From positions 13,427 to 77,426 of the forward strand of contig JBBTIZ010000023.1 of assembly GCA_038059695.1 (NCBI GenBank): a DNA stretch of 64,000 bases. The letters are read 5' to 3'. The notes beneath the pieces are model-generated. The model saw only the letters and a program-made list of their open reading frames with translations, searched no databases and was not told where the DNA came from. Both the position numbers and the translations under genes were made by a program. The stretch is from Planctomycetota bacterium (GTDB taxonomy: Bacteria; Planctomycetota; MHYJ01; JACQXL01). Shown piece by piece: positions 27,331 to 37,040 of this stretch. How positions within the stretch are numbered: the first letter of the stretch is position 1; each line of letters begins with the position of its first letter.

Positions 27331-28473
27331 TTATTCATCCGTAGATGGATGCGTATTGAGAGATTCCTTCAATCTATTAATATTCGGGCGGGCTTTACCA
27401 GAAGATGTTGGAGCAACGATTTCAATATCCTTTAAAAATATCGGGCATAGATAACCCTTTTTACTATCAAGACGTCCGATTTCTGGTAATCCGGCTGATA
27501 CTAATACCTTGTTTATTTTGCTGATTGCCCCGCTGATACGGTTTTTATAGTTTTCCGGCTCAAGCTTATAATCCTCCATTTTCCAGCCACACGCCTTGAC
27601 AATATCTTCTAAAGAAATATAAGTATTCTTGGTCTTGCCGGAAACCTTATCAAGTATTCTTAATAGGATTTTATGCGTCTGGTTTATTAATCCTATTAGC
27701 TGTTTATCCTTGTATTGGAATACGCTTTTGGTCAGGTTTATTTTTGATTTCTTTGCCTTGCTGAACGAAATGATTTTCTCCTTCTGGCTGATTTTAGTAA
27801 GGATATCCTGGCTGATAACCCAATTCTTATCGCCGAAAGCGTCTGCAAAATTGACATAATGAATATTCCTATCCTCTAATATCCGGCGAGTATTTTGGCT
27901 AATCTTATCAAAGAAAGGCATCAGGACAATCCCTGCCTGGTATCTCGCTATTTGGGATGGTATGCTCAAAAGCAGTGTCCCGGCTGTCTTGGGATTACTG
28001 CACAGGGCCAGAATAATCGCGGTTGACTTTCCCCTGACATTCAAAACGCCGATAAAATAAAGCCGGTCGTCAAGTTTGTCATAGTTACCAGCCAGATTAT
28101 TATCATTACGGATTAGTTCTACGAATGCCCTAATATTAAAGGAATACCTGCATAGGTCGTTTTTATCAATAGAAACCATCCCTTCAGATGGATGTATCAT
28201 ACAAAATGCCTCAAGGTTTCCGTCCTGTTTTTTGACGGATAATGTGCAACCGTGTGGACAGCGGGGGGATTTAATATTTTCGATTACACCATCGGAATGG
28301 TTAATATAACTTAAAATATTCTTCTTGGTCAAATCGGCACAGTTTGATGGAGAAATGGCGAGCAGTTCTTTTTTGCTAAATAAGGAATTAGGGCTTTTCT
28401 CTATCTGCTTTAAAAGGAACTTTATCATTTTCTTTAATGCCGATATCTTCCAGGTACTTATTGATAATTTCAT
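27331..28473 (-). CDS. Hypothetical protein (380 aa) in the Type III R-M island, last gene of the co-oriented operon
   Basis: AT-rich codon usage matching the island. Cys/His cluster SPRCPHGCTL...AFCMIHP. Degenerate P-loop-like GVLNVRGKST. Real start possibly the internal Met MIKFLL. Confidence 0.45.
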   Translation of the reverse strand: MKLSISTWKISALKKMIKFLLKQIEKSPNSLFSKKELLAISPSNCADLTKKNILSYINHSDGVIENIKSPRCPHGCTLSVKKQDGNLEAFCMIHPSEGMVSIDKNDLCRYSFNIRAFVELIRNDNNLAGNYDKLDDRLYFIGVLNVRGKSTAIILALCSNPKTAGTLLLSIPSQIARYQAGIVLMPFFDKISQNTRRILEDRNIHYVNFADAFGDKNWVISQDILTKISQKEKIISFSKAKKSKINLTKSVFQYKDKQLIGLINQTHKILLRILDKVSGKTKNTYISLEDIVKACGWKMEDYKLEPENYKNRISGAISKINKVLVSAGLPEIGRLDSKKGYLCPIFLKDIEIVAPTSSGKARPNINRLKESLNTHPSTDE

Positions 28474-29545
28474 TATATTTTTTGCTTCCCAAGTCAGTAC
28501 TGCTGGGCGGGGTTATTTCAAAACTCACTTCTATTGCTTTTCCATTAACCTGTAATATAAATAGAAATTTAGCCGAAGTCAATTCGCCTGAATCTATCCC
28601 TAATCCGGCAATGTCATTATTAAATGTCTGGTTAATATCAGTTGAATCTATGCGAATAGTCGGTTTTGTAGAACCATTTAGGACCATAGTTACGGCAGTT
28701 AATTTAACCGACCGTATTGTCTCATTGACGGGGAAACTAAAATCATCTTCTTGAAGTGGTTTTAGGATATAGGTGTCATCTCTATCAGGGCGCATCGCTT
28801 GACTTTTGTCACAGATAATAATATCGGCAAAAACATCAATATATTTTTCTCTGTCTTTTCGAAGTGAAGTATGTACGGAAAAAGATGTTTTCCCGTCGTA
28901 TTGCAGAATATCCTCATAAGCGGGTCTAAAAATAATGGTTTCTGTATTTACCTCTTTGTCTTCATCTTTCAAGACCAATTGATGCTTTTTATTTTTCCCG
29001 CGTATTACTGCAATAATCAATTTGCCATTTTCCTCATAATGCCTGATAATACAATCCTTCCCTTGACGCCTGTCTTTAAACCATGCTTTAATCTGCGCCT
29101 TGAACTGTTCCATTTTTCCTGGCGTTATTGTAAAGCTGGTACATTCCATTTTATGTCGGCTCAATTTATTGCCTGAGCCATAAAGCAGGTAATAATCGCT
29201 GAGATGGTTATAGGCCGGTTTACTCTTCAGGAATATACCGAGTATCAATTGGTGTTGGTTTTCTTTCCCCGTGGACGCAATATGATATTTCTGGATTACA
29301 TCCGGGATAAAACCAGTCATCGTTTTAGCAATATCATAAAGACGTGCTATTTCTTCTTCAATCGTATCTTTCAGGTCGGTATCCGTGAGATTATCTAAAT
29401 ATGCTATAACCGTGCTAAAAGGCGCCGTTGATTCTTTTAAGTTAAGCGTAATATGATACTTCCTAAAATATTCCTCTAGAATGTCTGGAGTTGATATTGC
29501 CGCATCCAAAAACTCAGTTACCTTGGTAGAACGAAACTTACCCAT
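28388..29545 (-). CDS. Hypothetical protein (385 aa) immediately downstream of res, same strand
   Basis: No recognisable motif. Tightly packed after res (res ends 29565). Confidence 0.45.
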   Translation of the reverse strand: MGKFRSTKVTEFLDAAISTPDILEEYFRKYHITLNLKESTAPFSTVIAYLDNLTDTDLKDTIEEEIARLYDIAKTMTGFIPDVIQKYHIASTGKENQHQLILGIFLKSKPAYNHLSDYYLLYGSGNKLSRHKMECTSFTITPGKMEQFKAQIKAWFKDRRQGKDCIIRHYEENGKLIIAVIRGKNKKHQLVLKDEDKEVNTETIIFRPAYEDILQYDGKTSFSVHTSLRKDREKYIDVFADIIICDKSQAMRPDRDDTYILKPLQEDDFSFPVNETIRSVKLTAVTMVLNGSTKPTIRIDSTDINQTFNNDIAGLGIDSGELTSAKFLFILQVNGKAIEVSFEITPPSSTDLGSKKYNEIINKYLEDIGIKENDKVPFKADREKP

Positions 29546-29564
29546 TTTAGGCCCCCTTTATAAC

Positions 29565-31946
29565 TCAACCTAATCTTAATTCTTCCCAATCGCTCCAGTC
29601 ATTCCGCAAGCATTTTTCCCAATCGTATTGTGCTTTTTGGTTGATTTTCCAAATGCCATTTACCGGAACGACTATTCCGCCGAAGAGTTTCTTACCCTTT
29701 TTAGTCTGTTCTTTGATATACTCCTGCAATCGTTCTGATTTTGCCTTGGTATAACTGCTACCCCCCCAGTCGCCCATATCCTTTGTCTCAAAAACGCCTA
29801 TTCTTCCATCCGCAAACCGGACTAAATAATCAGGATAGAATGTATGGACCACTCCGGTTGGATATTCATATTTAATGCCGAAATAATCCTTCTTGTTTTC
29901 GCCGTTCTTCCACCACCAAACGATGTTTTTAGCATTCGTTTTATCCTCTAAAAACCTCTCGAATTCCCTTTCGGGATTAGTGCGGTCAATATTCAAATAG
30001 CAATTATCATAGACATAGTTTTTAACCTTGAGCAATTCGTCGGTATGCGCGTTATAAAAACTCTCGTTTGGTATCTCGAAATCATAAATCTGTTCGCTCT
30101 CCTCAACACGCTTGGCAATCTCTTTCTCCCGAACAGTTTTATACTCCTCAACCGCTTTTAACAGAATACGCTCAAAGATATCCCTATTGCCGTTATGGAC
30201 AAAGATTTTCTGTATCATCATCGCTTCTTCATCCCAATCCTTAGCGCCCAGATGTCGCATAAACCAGACGTAAATCGTATTCTTGACCTTCGGCACCGAC
30301 CGCTTAATATTTTTGAATGAGCCAAGATGCTCCTTAATAATCTGCACAAATACCGCATCCAGATCGTTACCGGCAATATTCAAACTGGCTTTCTGGGCAG
30401 AATCTATTTCGCCCTCTAATTCGTCAAAAGTCTTGCCATCAATCTTTGCATCTCGGATAATTTCCTGCTGGTATTTCTTTAAATCAACAACAATACCTTT
30501 TTTCTCAAGCAGTTTCTTATTCTGGTCAAAGAATTCCCTTTGTTTAATGCCAAACTCCGCGCAGGCAACCTTCTCAAACACCGGGTCAAAACTCGAGGTG
30601 ATATCTCCGTAATCAGCCCGCGATTTATAGTAGGAGCTAAGCTTTATATCCTTATAACAATCTTTAAGCGTCCCCTTTAGATGCTTGATGATATTCGGAT
30701 TATATTCTTCCTTTTTGACAATAATGCTCTGGACGTTGGTGTATATATATCCGGTATTCAGGGCTTCGCTTGGGTAATGCCTTAATTCCGGCATCCGCAG
30801 TATCCGGCCCACGGTCTGGATTTCAAAGGTCTCGCTGTGTGATTCCCGGAATTTGACCAGAATATGCGCCCGGGGACAATCCCATCCCGTATCAACTACT
30901 TGCTTGAATACAAAAAATTCTATTATATTATCCGGTTCGGCAATCGATTCTATTTCTTCTATTGCTGGATAGCCATGAATTCGAATTGCTAATTTCTTAT
31001 TTGCTTCAGCAATACCTTTCTTCGCCAAAAATTCTTCAACAGCTTTTTTCTTGTCATCTCCGGCGTCGGCATTCGGTATCTGTATTAAAGCCAGCGGATT
31101 AATATTTGCCCCCTCCGCCTCAAATAATCTCTTTAATTCCAACCTCTTCCGATATGCTGCCTCTAAAACTACTTCCTGCGAATCGGTTTCATTATTGGCA
31201 ATTTTATCTATCTTCTCATTAATGATTATTTCTTTCTTTATTATACCTGCATCAATGACATCTTTCGGCTCTACACAAACATACCCGGCAATCCCCCGCT
31301 TTTCATCTCTGCGGTCAGGAATAAGTTTTGGCGTGGCGCTCATTTCCAGAATAATATCGGCGTTTATCTCGTCCCGCAATTCGTTGGTTCGTTCAGCCGT
31401 GGCGCCGATATGGCTTTCGTCTATAATCATTATTACCTTCCGTTGTTCCCGTGTTCTGGTAAGGACATCCCTGAAATTTATCTTTTCTCCGTCCTTCATC
31501 AGGATGTTTTTCCAATCGCCGGTTTCCTTATCTTTACTCCGTAATTTCTCCCAGTTAACCACTACAACCTCGTTACGGACAATCCGTTCCCTGCCGCCGG
31601 AAAATTCATCCTCAACCAAAGACACCCTCGGCGCTCCGCCGTAAATCTTTTCTAAAGCGCGTTTACTCTGAAGATGTAATTCGCCCTTACCAATACTCAC
31701 CCAAAGAAAACAAATATCCTCATCTGGTAATTCTTTAATAATCTCCTCAATAAACTTAGCTGTCATCAGGGTCTTGCCGCTTCCGGTCGGGGCCTGGAAA
31801 ACACAGACCTTTTTCATTCCCTCGTTAGCCAGCAGTTTCTTAACGGCGGTAAGCAATTGCTCAATGGCTGTTTCCTGATACGGCTTAAGGTCAATATTCA
31901 TAAATATCCTCGTATATATCCAGAATCTTCTGCGGAATCGGCTCAA
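29565..31946 (-). CDS. res: Type III restriction enzyme Res subunit (SF2 helicase plus C-terminal PD-(D/E)xK nuclease)
   Basis: Walker A QAPTGSGKT, DEAH-like IIDESH, helicase motif VI region, C-terminal nuclease motif PDYLVRF...GVFETKD. Probable start at the MNIDLK Met. Confidence 0.8.
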   Translation of the reverse strand: MSRFRRRFWIYTRIFMNIDLKPYQETAIEQLLTAVKKLLANEGMKKVCVFQAPTGSGKTLMTAKFIEEIIKELPDEDICFLWVSIGKGELHLQSKRALEKIYGGAPRVSLVEDEFSGGRERIVRNEVVVVNWEKLRSKDKETGDWKNILMKDGEKINFRDVLTRTREQRKVIMIIDESHIGATAERTNELRDEINADIILEMSATPKLIPDRRDEKRGIAGYVCVEPKDVIDAGIIKKEIIINEKIDKIANNETDSQEVVLEAAYRKRLELKRLFEAEGANINPLALIQIPNADAGDDKKKAVEEFLAKKGIAEANKKLAIRIHGYPAIEEIESIAEPDNIIEFFVFKQVVDTGWDCPRAHILVKFRESHSETFEIQTVGRILRMPELRHYPSEALNTGYIYTNVQSIIVKKEEYNPNIIKHLKGTLKDCYKDIKLSSYYKSRADYGDITSSFDPVFEKVACAEFGIKQREFFDQNKKLLEKKGIVVDLKKYQQEIIRDAKIDGKTFDELEGEIDSAQKASLNIAGNDLDAVFVQIIKEHLGSFKNIKRSVPKVKNTIYVWFMRHLGAKDWDEEAMMIQKIFVHNGNRDIFERILLKAVEEYKTVREKEIAKRVEESEQIYDFEIPNESFYNAHTDELLKVKNYVYDNCYLNIDRTNPEREFERFLEDKTNAKNIVWWWKNGENKKDYFGIKYEYPTGVVHTFYPDYLVRFADGRIGVFETKDMGDWGGSSYTKAKSERLQEYIKEQTKKGKKLFGGIVVPVNGIWKINQKAQYDWEKCLRNDWSDWEELRLG

Positions 31947-33405
31947 GTGTTACACCTTTCCAATCATGAAAATCATTTTTATCCAGCCCGAACGGGTCAA
32001 GTTCAAAGCAATAGAGAGTTTTCTCGCCTGTCATTTTATCTAATTCTTTCTTGAGTGATTTTAATTCAGTCCGGTCAGGCGAATAATATACTGCCATAAT
32101 ACGCTCACCCTGCTCAAAGATACGGTAATCGTCCGTCTTCTTCTTCTCCTCAAAAATACCCTCTCTGAGGCAAAGCATCTCAGTGCATTCCTTGGTAATA
32201 CGGATTTTCAGGGTGTCCTTGCTAAAAGTCCGCTTCACAAAGGCGGTCTTGAAATATTTAAGTTCATCACTATGATCAGAAAGGCGAGGGTAGCCACTCA
32301 TGCATTTTTTTATTCGTGGATAGCATACTTCTTCGGCAATTTCATTTTCATTATTTGTACACAATATAAATTTTCTATTTCCCCCATCTTTTCTATTAAG
32401 TTCTAAAACCGCATGACCAGTTGTCCCTGAACCAGCGAAAAAATCTAAAACTATCGCTTCTTTATTATCATCTATACATATTTGTAATGTATCAAAAACC
32501 GCGTATAGCGATTTGGGATAATCAAAAGACCTTGATTTTCCAAGTATTTTTTGTAGCAATATTGTTCCATGAGATGAAGCATCATATTTTGGATCAGCCC
32601 ATACCGTTTTCGGCTTTCTGCCACCCTTTATCCTATCTTTTGCGAAAACTGTATACTTGCCATTATTCTCTTTAATAACAATTTCAGTTTCAGCTTTCTC
32701 CGTAAAACTCACCTTACCCCACCGCCAAACCCTTTTTCCATCATGTGAATCAATCGGTAAAATTTTAACCAAATCTTTATTCTTTTCTTCTTCTACTGAA
32801 ACTCGTTTTGTTTTTTTATTGTAATATATCGGATAGAAAAGATTAGGCCTTTTATCGGGAGTTGAATTAGACCCTGTTCTTTTTAGGGGTAGTAATCGGT
32901 AAAAAGATATTTCGTCTTCTAATGGAAAACCCTCGACCTGTTCTTCTGTTAGCTTTAATTTATTAGTTTTAGTAACCTGGGTATTTAGTCCATAGAAAAG
33001 AGCGTATTCGTGAGAGGTTGCAAAATATTTATCGTCGCTTCTTCCTCGAGGGTTGTGCATGATAGTAACCACCCCAAGTTTATTACCCTCCCCAAAAATT
33101 TCGTTCATCAATAAATTGAGATTTCCAATTTCATAGTCATCAATAGTTACAATTATTATTCCTTCGTCTTTTAATAAATTTTTAGCAAGGCGCAAGCGTT
33201 TGCTCATAAACGAAAGCCATTTGCTGTGCTTATAGGTGTCATCTTTTTCTACATACTGATTGTTGTATTTCCAGCTCTTATTACCCGTATTGTATGGTGG
33301 GTCAATATAGATAACATCAATCTTGCCTTGATGGGTATAGTTCAAAACAGATAAGGCGTGGTAATTATCGCCTTCTATACAGGATGTTAACTGGTTTAGA
33401 GTCAC
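31891..33405 (-). CDS. mod: Type III DNA methyltransferase Mod (beta-class N6A/N4C MTase), main reading frame
   Basis: Motif IV DPPY (YIDPPYNTG) precedes motif I FDFFAGSGTTGHAV, which is the beta-class order. This frame begins at a GTG immediately after a C9 homopolymer. Confidence 0.8.
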   Translation of the reverse strand: MTLNQLTSCIEGDNYHALSVLNYTHQGKIDVIYIDPPYNTGNKSWKYNNQYVEKDDTYKHSKWLSFMSKRLRLAKNLLKDEGIIIVTIDDYEIGNLNLLMNEIFGEGNKLGVVTIMHNPRGRSDDKYFATSHEYALFYGLNTQVTKTNKLKLTEEQVEGFPLEDEISFYRLLPLKRTGSNSTPDKRPNLFYPIYYNKKTKRVSVEEEKNKDLVKILPIDSHDGKRVWRWGKVSFTEKAETEIVIKENNGKYTVFAKDRIKGGRKPKTVWADPKYDASSHGTILLQKILGKSRSFDYPKSLYAVFDTLQICIDDNKEAIVLDFFAGSGTTGHAVLELNRKDGGNRKFILCTNNENEIAEEVCYPRIKKCMSGYPRLSDHSDELKYFKTAFVKRTFSKDTLKIRITKECTEMLCLREGIFEEKKKTDDYRIFEQGERIMAVYYSPDRTELKSLKKELDKMTGEKTLYCFELDPFGLDKNDFHDWKGVTLEPIPQKILDIYEDIYEY

Positions 33406-33596
33406 TGGGGGGGGGCGGTAATGGCTTTGTTCTTTACTTCCTTAAGAATCGGCAGGGCGTTTTCTGAATCTTTCTCAAACTGTTCCTTGGTATGTTCCTC
33501 ATCCCAGACCAAGCCGTATTTTTTGCGGCTTTCTAATTTCTCTATTCTCTTAATTAATTCTTTCTTATCCCAATCCTGATAGGTATTCTTCGGCAT
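33402..33596 (-). CDS. mod: N-terminal fragment of Mod (64 aa), separated from the main mod frame by a homopolymer frameshift
   Basis: Peptide ...YGLVWDEEH... resembles Type III Mod N-termini. Ends ...AITAPPQ-stop, reading through the C9 tract. One extra C fuses it in-frame to MTLNQL... Confidence 0.6.
   Translation of the reverse strand: MPKNTYQDWDKKELIKRIEKLESRKKYGLVWDEEHTKEQFEKDSENALPILKEVKNKAITAPPQ
33407..33415. repeat. Homopolymeric G9 (C9 on the coding strand) tract at the mod frameshift site
   Basis: gtcactgggggggggcggtaatgg. C10 (or C7) would give one continuous mod ORF of about 568 aa. Confidence 0.85.
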
Positions 33597-33764
33597 AAAT
33601 ATTAATAATAAACATCTTTTTCAGGAAAGCAACAAATAACCTGCGTTTTTAAGTAGGGTATAGGATTAATACACACCAGCACACCATATCATAAACACTA
33701 TATGATGGCGCGCTATGGGGTAGGTATGGTTATTGTTTACACCATACGGCCAAGCCCTGTATTA

Positions 33765-33874
33765 TACATCAGCCGCGCATAATCTGTATATCAGCCGTGC
33801 GCATGTTATATATCAGCCGGTGACAAGTTATATATCAGCCGTGCGTATAGTGTATATCAGCCGTGGGCGTAGTG
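33765..33874. repeat. Five tandem 22-bp direct repeats (consensus TATCAGCCGTGCGyaTaGTgTA) in the mod-operon upstream region
   Basis: tacatcagccgcgcataatctgta / tatcagccgtgcgcatgttata / tatcagccggtgacaagttata / tatcagccgtgcgtatagtgta / tatcagccgtgggcgtagtgta. Confidence 0.8.
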
Positions 33875-34066
33875 TACACGATTATTGCGCTTACTCTATA
33901 TAAGCTAAGCGGTTACTGTATATGGCTCATGCCCTCACCACCAGTCAGGGAGTCTTGAGGGGTACTACCCCCCACCCTCCCCCCTCCCCCTGTTGGGAAA
34001 GTGAAAAGATGAGAGTGGAAAGATGAAAGCTTGAGAAAATCAGGAAACACGGATTGCGCAGGTGTT

Positions 34067-35518
34067 TTAAGGCTTCTTCCAACAGACCCTTAGTTCTCGC
34101 GCTGCCTTGACCTCATCCAGCCGGCCGACGGGGGTAGTTGTTGGCGCGGACTTGACCACATCGGGTGTGGTTTCGGCCTCTTTGGCGATAGCAATCATGA
34201 CCTTGATGAATTCGTCCAGGGTCTCTTTGCTTTCGGTCTCGGTCGGTTCTATCATCAATGCCTCGTGAACGATGAGCGGGAAATAAATCGTGGGTGGATG
34301 GTATCCGTAGTCCAACAGCCGCTTGGCTATGTCCAAAGTCCTGACCCCGAATTTCTTTAACTGAATCGTCGCGTCCAGGACACATTCGTGCATGCAGTGC
34401 CGGTCATACTGGAGATGGTAGTGTTGCTTGAGTTGGGCCATGACGTAGTTGGCATTTAAGACGGCCATCTGGCTGGCCTTTTTCAGGCCGGCTGGCCCCA
34501 TCATCCGGATATAGACATAGGCCCGAATCAGGACCGCGATGTTGCCGAAGAATCCCTTGATTTGGCCGATAGAATCGGGACGGTCATAGTCCAGCGAGTA
34601 TTCGTCGTTGTTCTTGACGACAATCGGCACGGGCAGGTAAGGCGTGAGTTTGGCTGTGACCGCAATCGGGCCCGCACCCGGACCGCCGCAGCCGTGCGGC
34701 GTGGAAAAGGTCTTGTGGAGATTAAAGTGCAGGACATCGGCGCCGGCCAGGGCCGGAGTGGTGATGCCCATAATGGAATTGAAATTGGCGCCGTCCATAT
34801 AAATAAATCCGCCGCTGTCGTGGACTATCTTGCAAATCTCCACAATGTGCTCGTCAAACAGGCCGAGCGTATTGGGGATAGTCAGCATCAGGCAGGCCAC
34901 TTCATTGTTCATCTTGGCCTTCAGGTCCGGGATATCGACATTGCCGTGCGCATCGGACTTGACCTCGACGGCATGGAATCCGCACAGGGCGCCAGAAGCC
35001 GGGTTGGTGCCGTGCGCCGAATCCGGGATAAGGACCTTGGTTCTCTTATCATTATGTTTCTTGAAATACTGATGGATGACTTTTAGGCCGGTGTATTCGC
35101 CGTGCGCGCCGGCCGCCGGGGTCAGCGACACGCCGTCAAAACCGGAGATTTCCTTCAAGAACTCGCCCAGTTCATACATTATCCGCAGGATGCCCTGAAC
35201 CGTTGAGGCCGGCTGGTAGGGATGGAGCTGGGCAAAGCCGGTCAGGCCGCACAGGGTCTCGTTGACCTTGGGATTGTATTTCATGGTGCAGGAACCGAGC
35301 GGATAGAAACCGGTATCAACGCCGAAGTTCTTGCGGGCCAGATTGGTATAATGGCGCACCAGGGTGAGTTCGTCCACCTCAGGCAGGTCTGCCAGCGTCG
35401 GCCTTAAGGCGGCGGACGGCAATAATTTATTTATATCCTGGGCCGGCACGTCCAGGGCCGGCAAGGCGCAGGCGCTCCGGCCCGGACGGGATTCTTCAAA
35501 GATAAGCTTGTCGTTCAT
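34067..35518 (-). CDS. gcvPB: Glycine dehydrogenase (decarboxylating) subunit 2
   Basis: Typical GcvPB sequence throughout, e.g. [16 protein letters not shown]. Confidence 0.85.
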   Translation of the reverse strand: MNDKLIFEESRPGRSACALPALDVPAQDINKLLPSAALRPTLADLPEVDELTLVRHYTNLARKNFGVDTGFYPLGSCTMKYNPKVNETLCGLTGFAQLHPYQPASTVQGILRIMYELGEFLKEISGFDGVSLTPAAGAHGEYTGLKVIHQYFKKHNDKRTKVLIPDSAHGTNPASGALCGFHAVEVKSDAHGNVDIPDLKAKMNNEVACLMLTIPNTLGLFDEHIVEICKIVHDSGGFIYMDGANFNSIMGITTPALAGADVLHFNLHKTFSTPHGCGGPGAGPIAVTAKLTPYLPVPIVVKNNDEYSLDYDRPDSIGQIKGFFGNIAVLIRAYVYIRMMGPAGLKKASQMAVLNANYVMAQLKQHYHLQYDRHCMHECVLDATIQLKKFGVRTLDIAKRLLDYGYHPPTIYFPLIVHEALMIEPTETESKETLDEFIKVMIAIAKEAETTPDVVKSAPTTTPVGRLDEVKAARELRVCWKKP

Positions 35519-35521
35519 AAA

Positions 35522-35640
35522 ACTAATTCTAACACGAATGTCACGAATAGAGCGAATGGCACGAATAAATTCGTGTGATTAGTCGCATTCGCTTCGCGGT
35601 CTCTTCGAGTTCGTGTGATTCGTGTTCTATACTTAATCCT
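35522..35640. repeat. CACGAAT-family array with palindromic arrangement between gcvPA and gcvPB
   Basis: cacgaatgtcacgaatagagcgaatggcacgaataaattcgtgtgatt...gagttcgtgtgattcgtgtt. Confidence 0.6.
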
Positions 35641-37003
35641 TAATTGTGTTTACGAGTTTATCAATCTCCTCTTTCGTGTTCATTTCGGTCACACACAGGA
35701 GCATGGCGTTCTTTAGTTTGGGATAAAATCTCTTTAAGGCCAGGCCGCCGATGATATTGCTTTTCAATAGTTTCTTGTTAATCTGCTCCGGATTCCTGGG
35801 ACATTCGATAACGAATTCGTTGAAATACGGGCCGCTGAACAGGAGTTTGAAGCCCGGGATTTTGGATATCTGGTCAGCCGCGCAGTGCGCCTTTTGTAGA
35901 TTGAGTTCAGCCACCTGCTTCAGGCCGGTCTTGCCCACGGCGGACAGGTAGATGGCCGTCCGGATGGCGCAGAGGGCCTGGTTGGAACAGATGTTGGACG
36001 TGGCCTTTTCCCGCCTGATATGCTGTTCCCGGGTGGACAGGGTCAGGACGAACCCGCGCCGGCCTTTGGCGTCTGTGGTCTCGCCGACTATCCGGCCGGG
36101 CATCTTGCGGATATGGGCCATCTTGGTAGCCATAAAACCCAGATGCGGGCCGCCGAATGACATCCGGTTGCCTAACGGCTGGGCATCGCCCACAACTATG
36201 TCAACTCCGTAATCGCCGGGCGGCTTGAGCAATCCTAAGGAAATCGGATTGACCACCGCTATCAAAACAACCCCCTTATATTCCCCCTTTGTTAAGGGGG
36301 ATTGAGGGGGTTGTCTCCGGATGATTTCAGCAATTTTATCCGCCGGTTCGATGATGCCGAAGAAATTGGGCGATTGATAAGCCACGCAGGCCGTATTGCT
36401 ATCTAATACTTTTTCTAATGCCTCTACTGAGGTGACGCCATCGGAGAAATCTATTTCTATGATATTGATATCCAAGTCCTCCAGCCAGGCCTTGACCGTA
36501 GCCCGGTATTCCGGATGGATGGTCTTGGAGATAATGACCTTCTTTTTGTTGGTGGTGTGGAGCGCCATGAGGATGGCCTCGGCCAAAGCGGTCGCGCCGT
36601 CATAGAGCGATGCGTTGGACACCTCCATGCCGGTCAGCTGGCACATCATGGTCTGGTATTCAAAAATAGTGGTCAGCGCGCCCTGGCTGGTCTCGGGCTG
36701 GTACGGGGTATAGGCCGTATAGAATTCGCTCCGAGCAGCCAGGTGGTCCACCACGGCCGGGATAAAGTGGTTGTAACAGCCCGCGCCCAGGAAAGACGGG
36801 GTGTTGGCGACATTGGTATTTTTGTCTGCCAGTTCGGCCAGTAGTTTGGTGGCTTCCATCTCGCTTAGCGGGGCCGGCAGGGCCAGGGGTTTAGTCAGAT
36901 GTAATTCTTTGGGGATGCTGGAAAACAGGTCTTCCAGGTTGGCCACATTGGCCGCGGCCAGCATTTCCCGGATGTCAGTATCAGTATGCGGAATATAGGG
37001 CAT
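35633..37003 (-). CDS. gcvPA: Glycine dehydrogenase (decarboxylating) subunit 1
   Basis: Typical GcvPA sequence (ISLGLLKPPGDYGVDIVVGDAQPLG). Contains a short hairpin-encoding insertion near 36271-36320. Confidence 0.85.
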   Translation of the reverse strand: MPYIPHTDTDIREMLAAANVANLEDLFSSIPKELHLTKPLALPAPLSEMEATKLLAELADKNTNVANTPSFLGAGCYNHFIPAVVDHLAARSEFYTAYTPYQPETSQGALTTIFEYQTMMCQLTGMEVSNASLYDGATALAEAILMALHTTNKKKVIISKTIHPEYRATVKAWLEDLDINIIEIDFSDGVTSVEALEKVLDSNTACVAYQSPNFFGIIEPADKIAEIIRRQPPQSPLTKGEYKGVVLIAVVNPISLGLLKPPGDYGVDIVVGDAQPLGNRMSFGGPHLGFMATKMAHIRKMPGRIVGETTDAKGRRGFVLTLSTREQHIRREKATSNICSNQALCAIRTAIYLSAVGKTGLKQVAELNLQKAHCAADQISKIPGFKLLFSGPYFNEFVIECPRNPEQINKKLLKSNIIGGLALKRFYPKLKNAMLLCVTEMNTKEEIDKLVNTIKD

Positions 37004-37040
37004 AGCAGTTAGGTTATTGGGTTATTAGGCCATAAGGTTA

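Noticed and set aside
33765-33874. Possible CRISPR array
   Set aside because: The 22-bp units are directly adjacent with no spacers, not palindromic, and there are no cas genes. These are tandem direct repeats (iteron/VNTR-like), not CRISPR.
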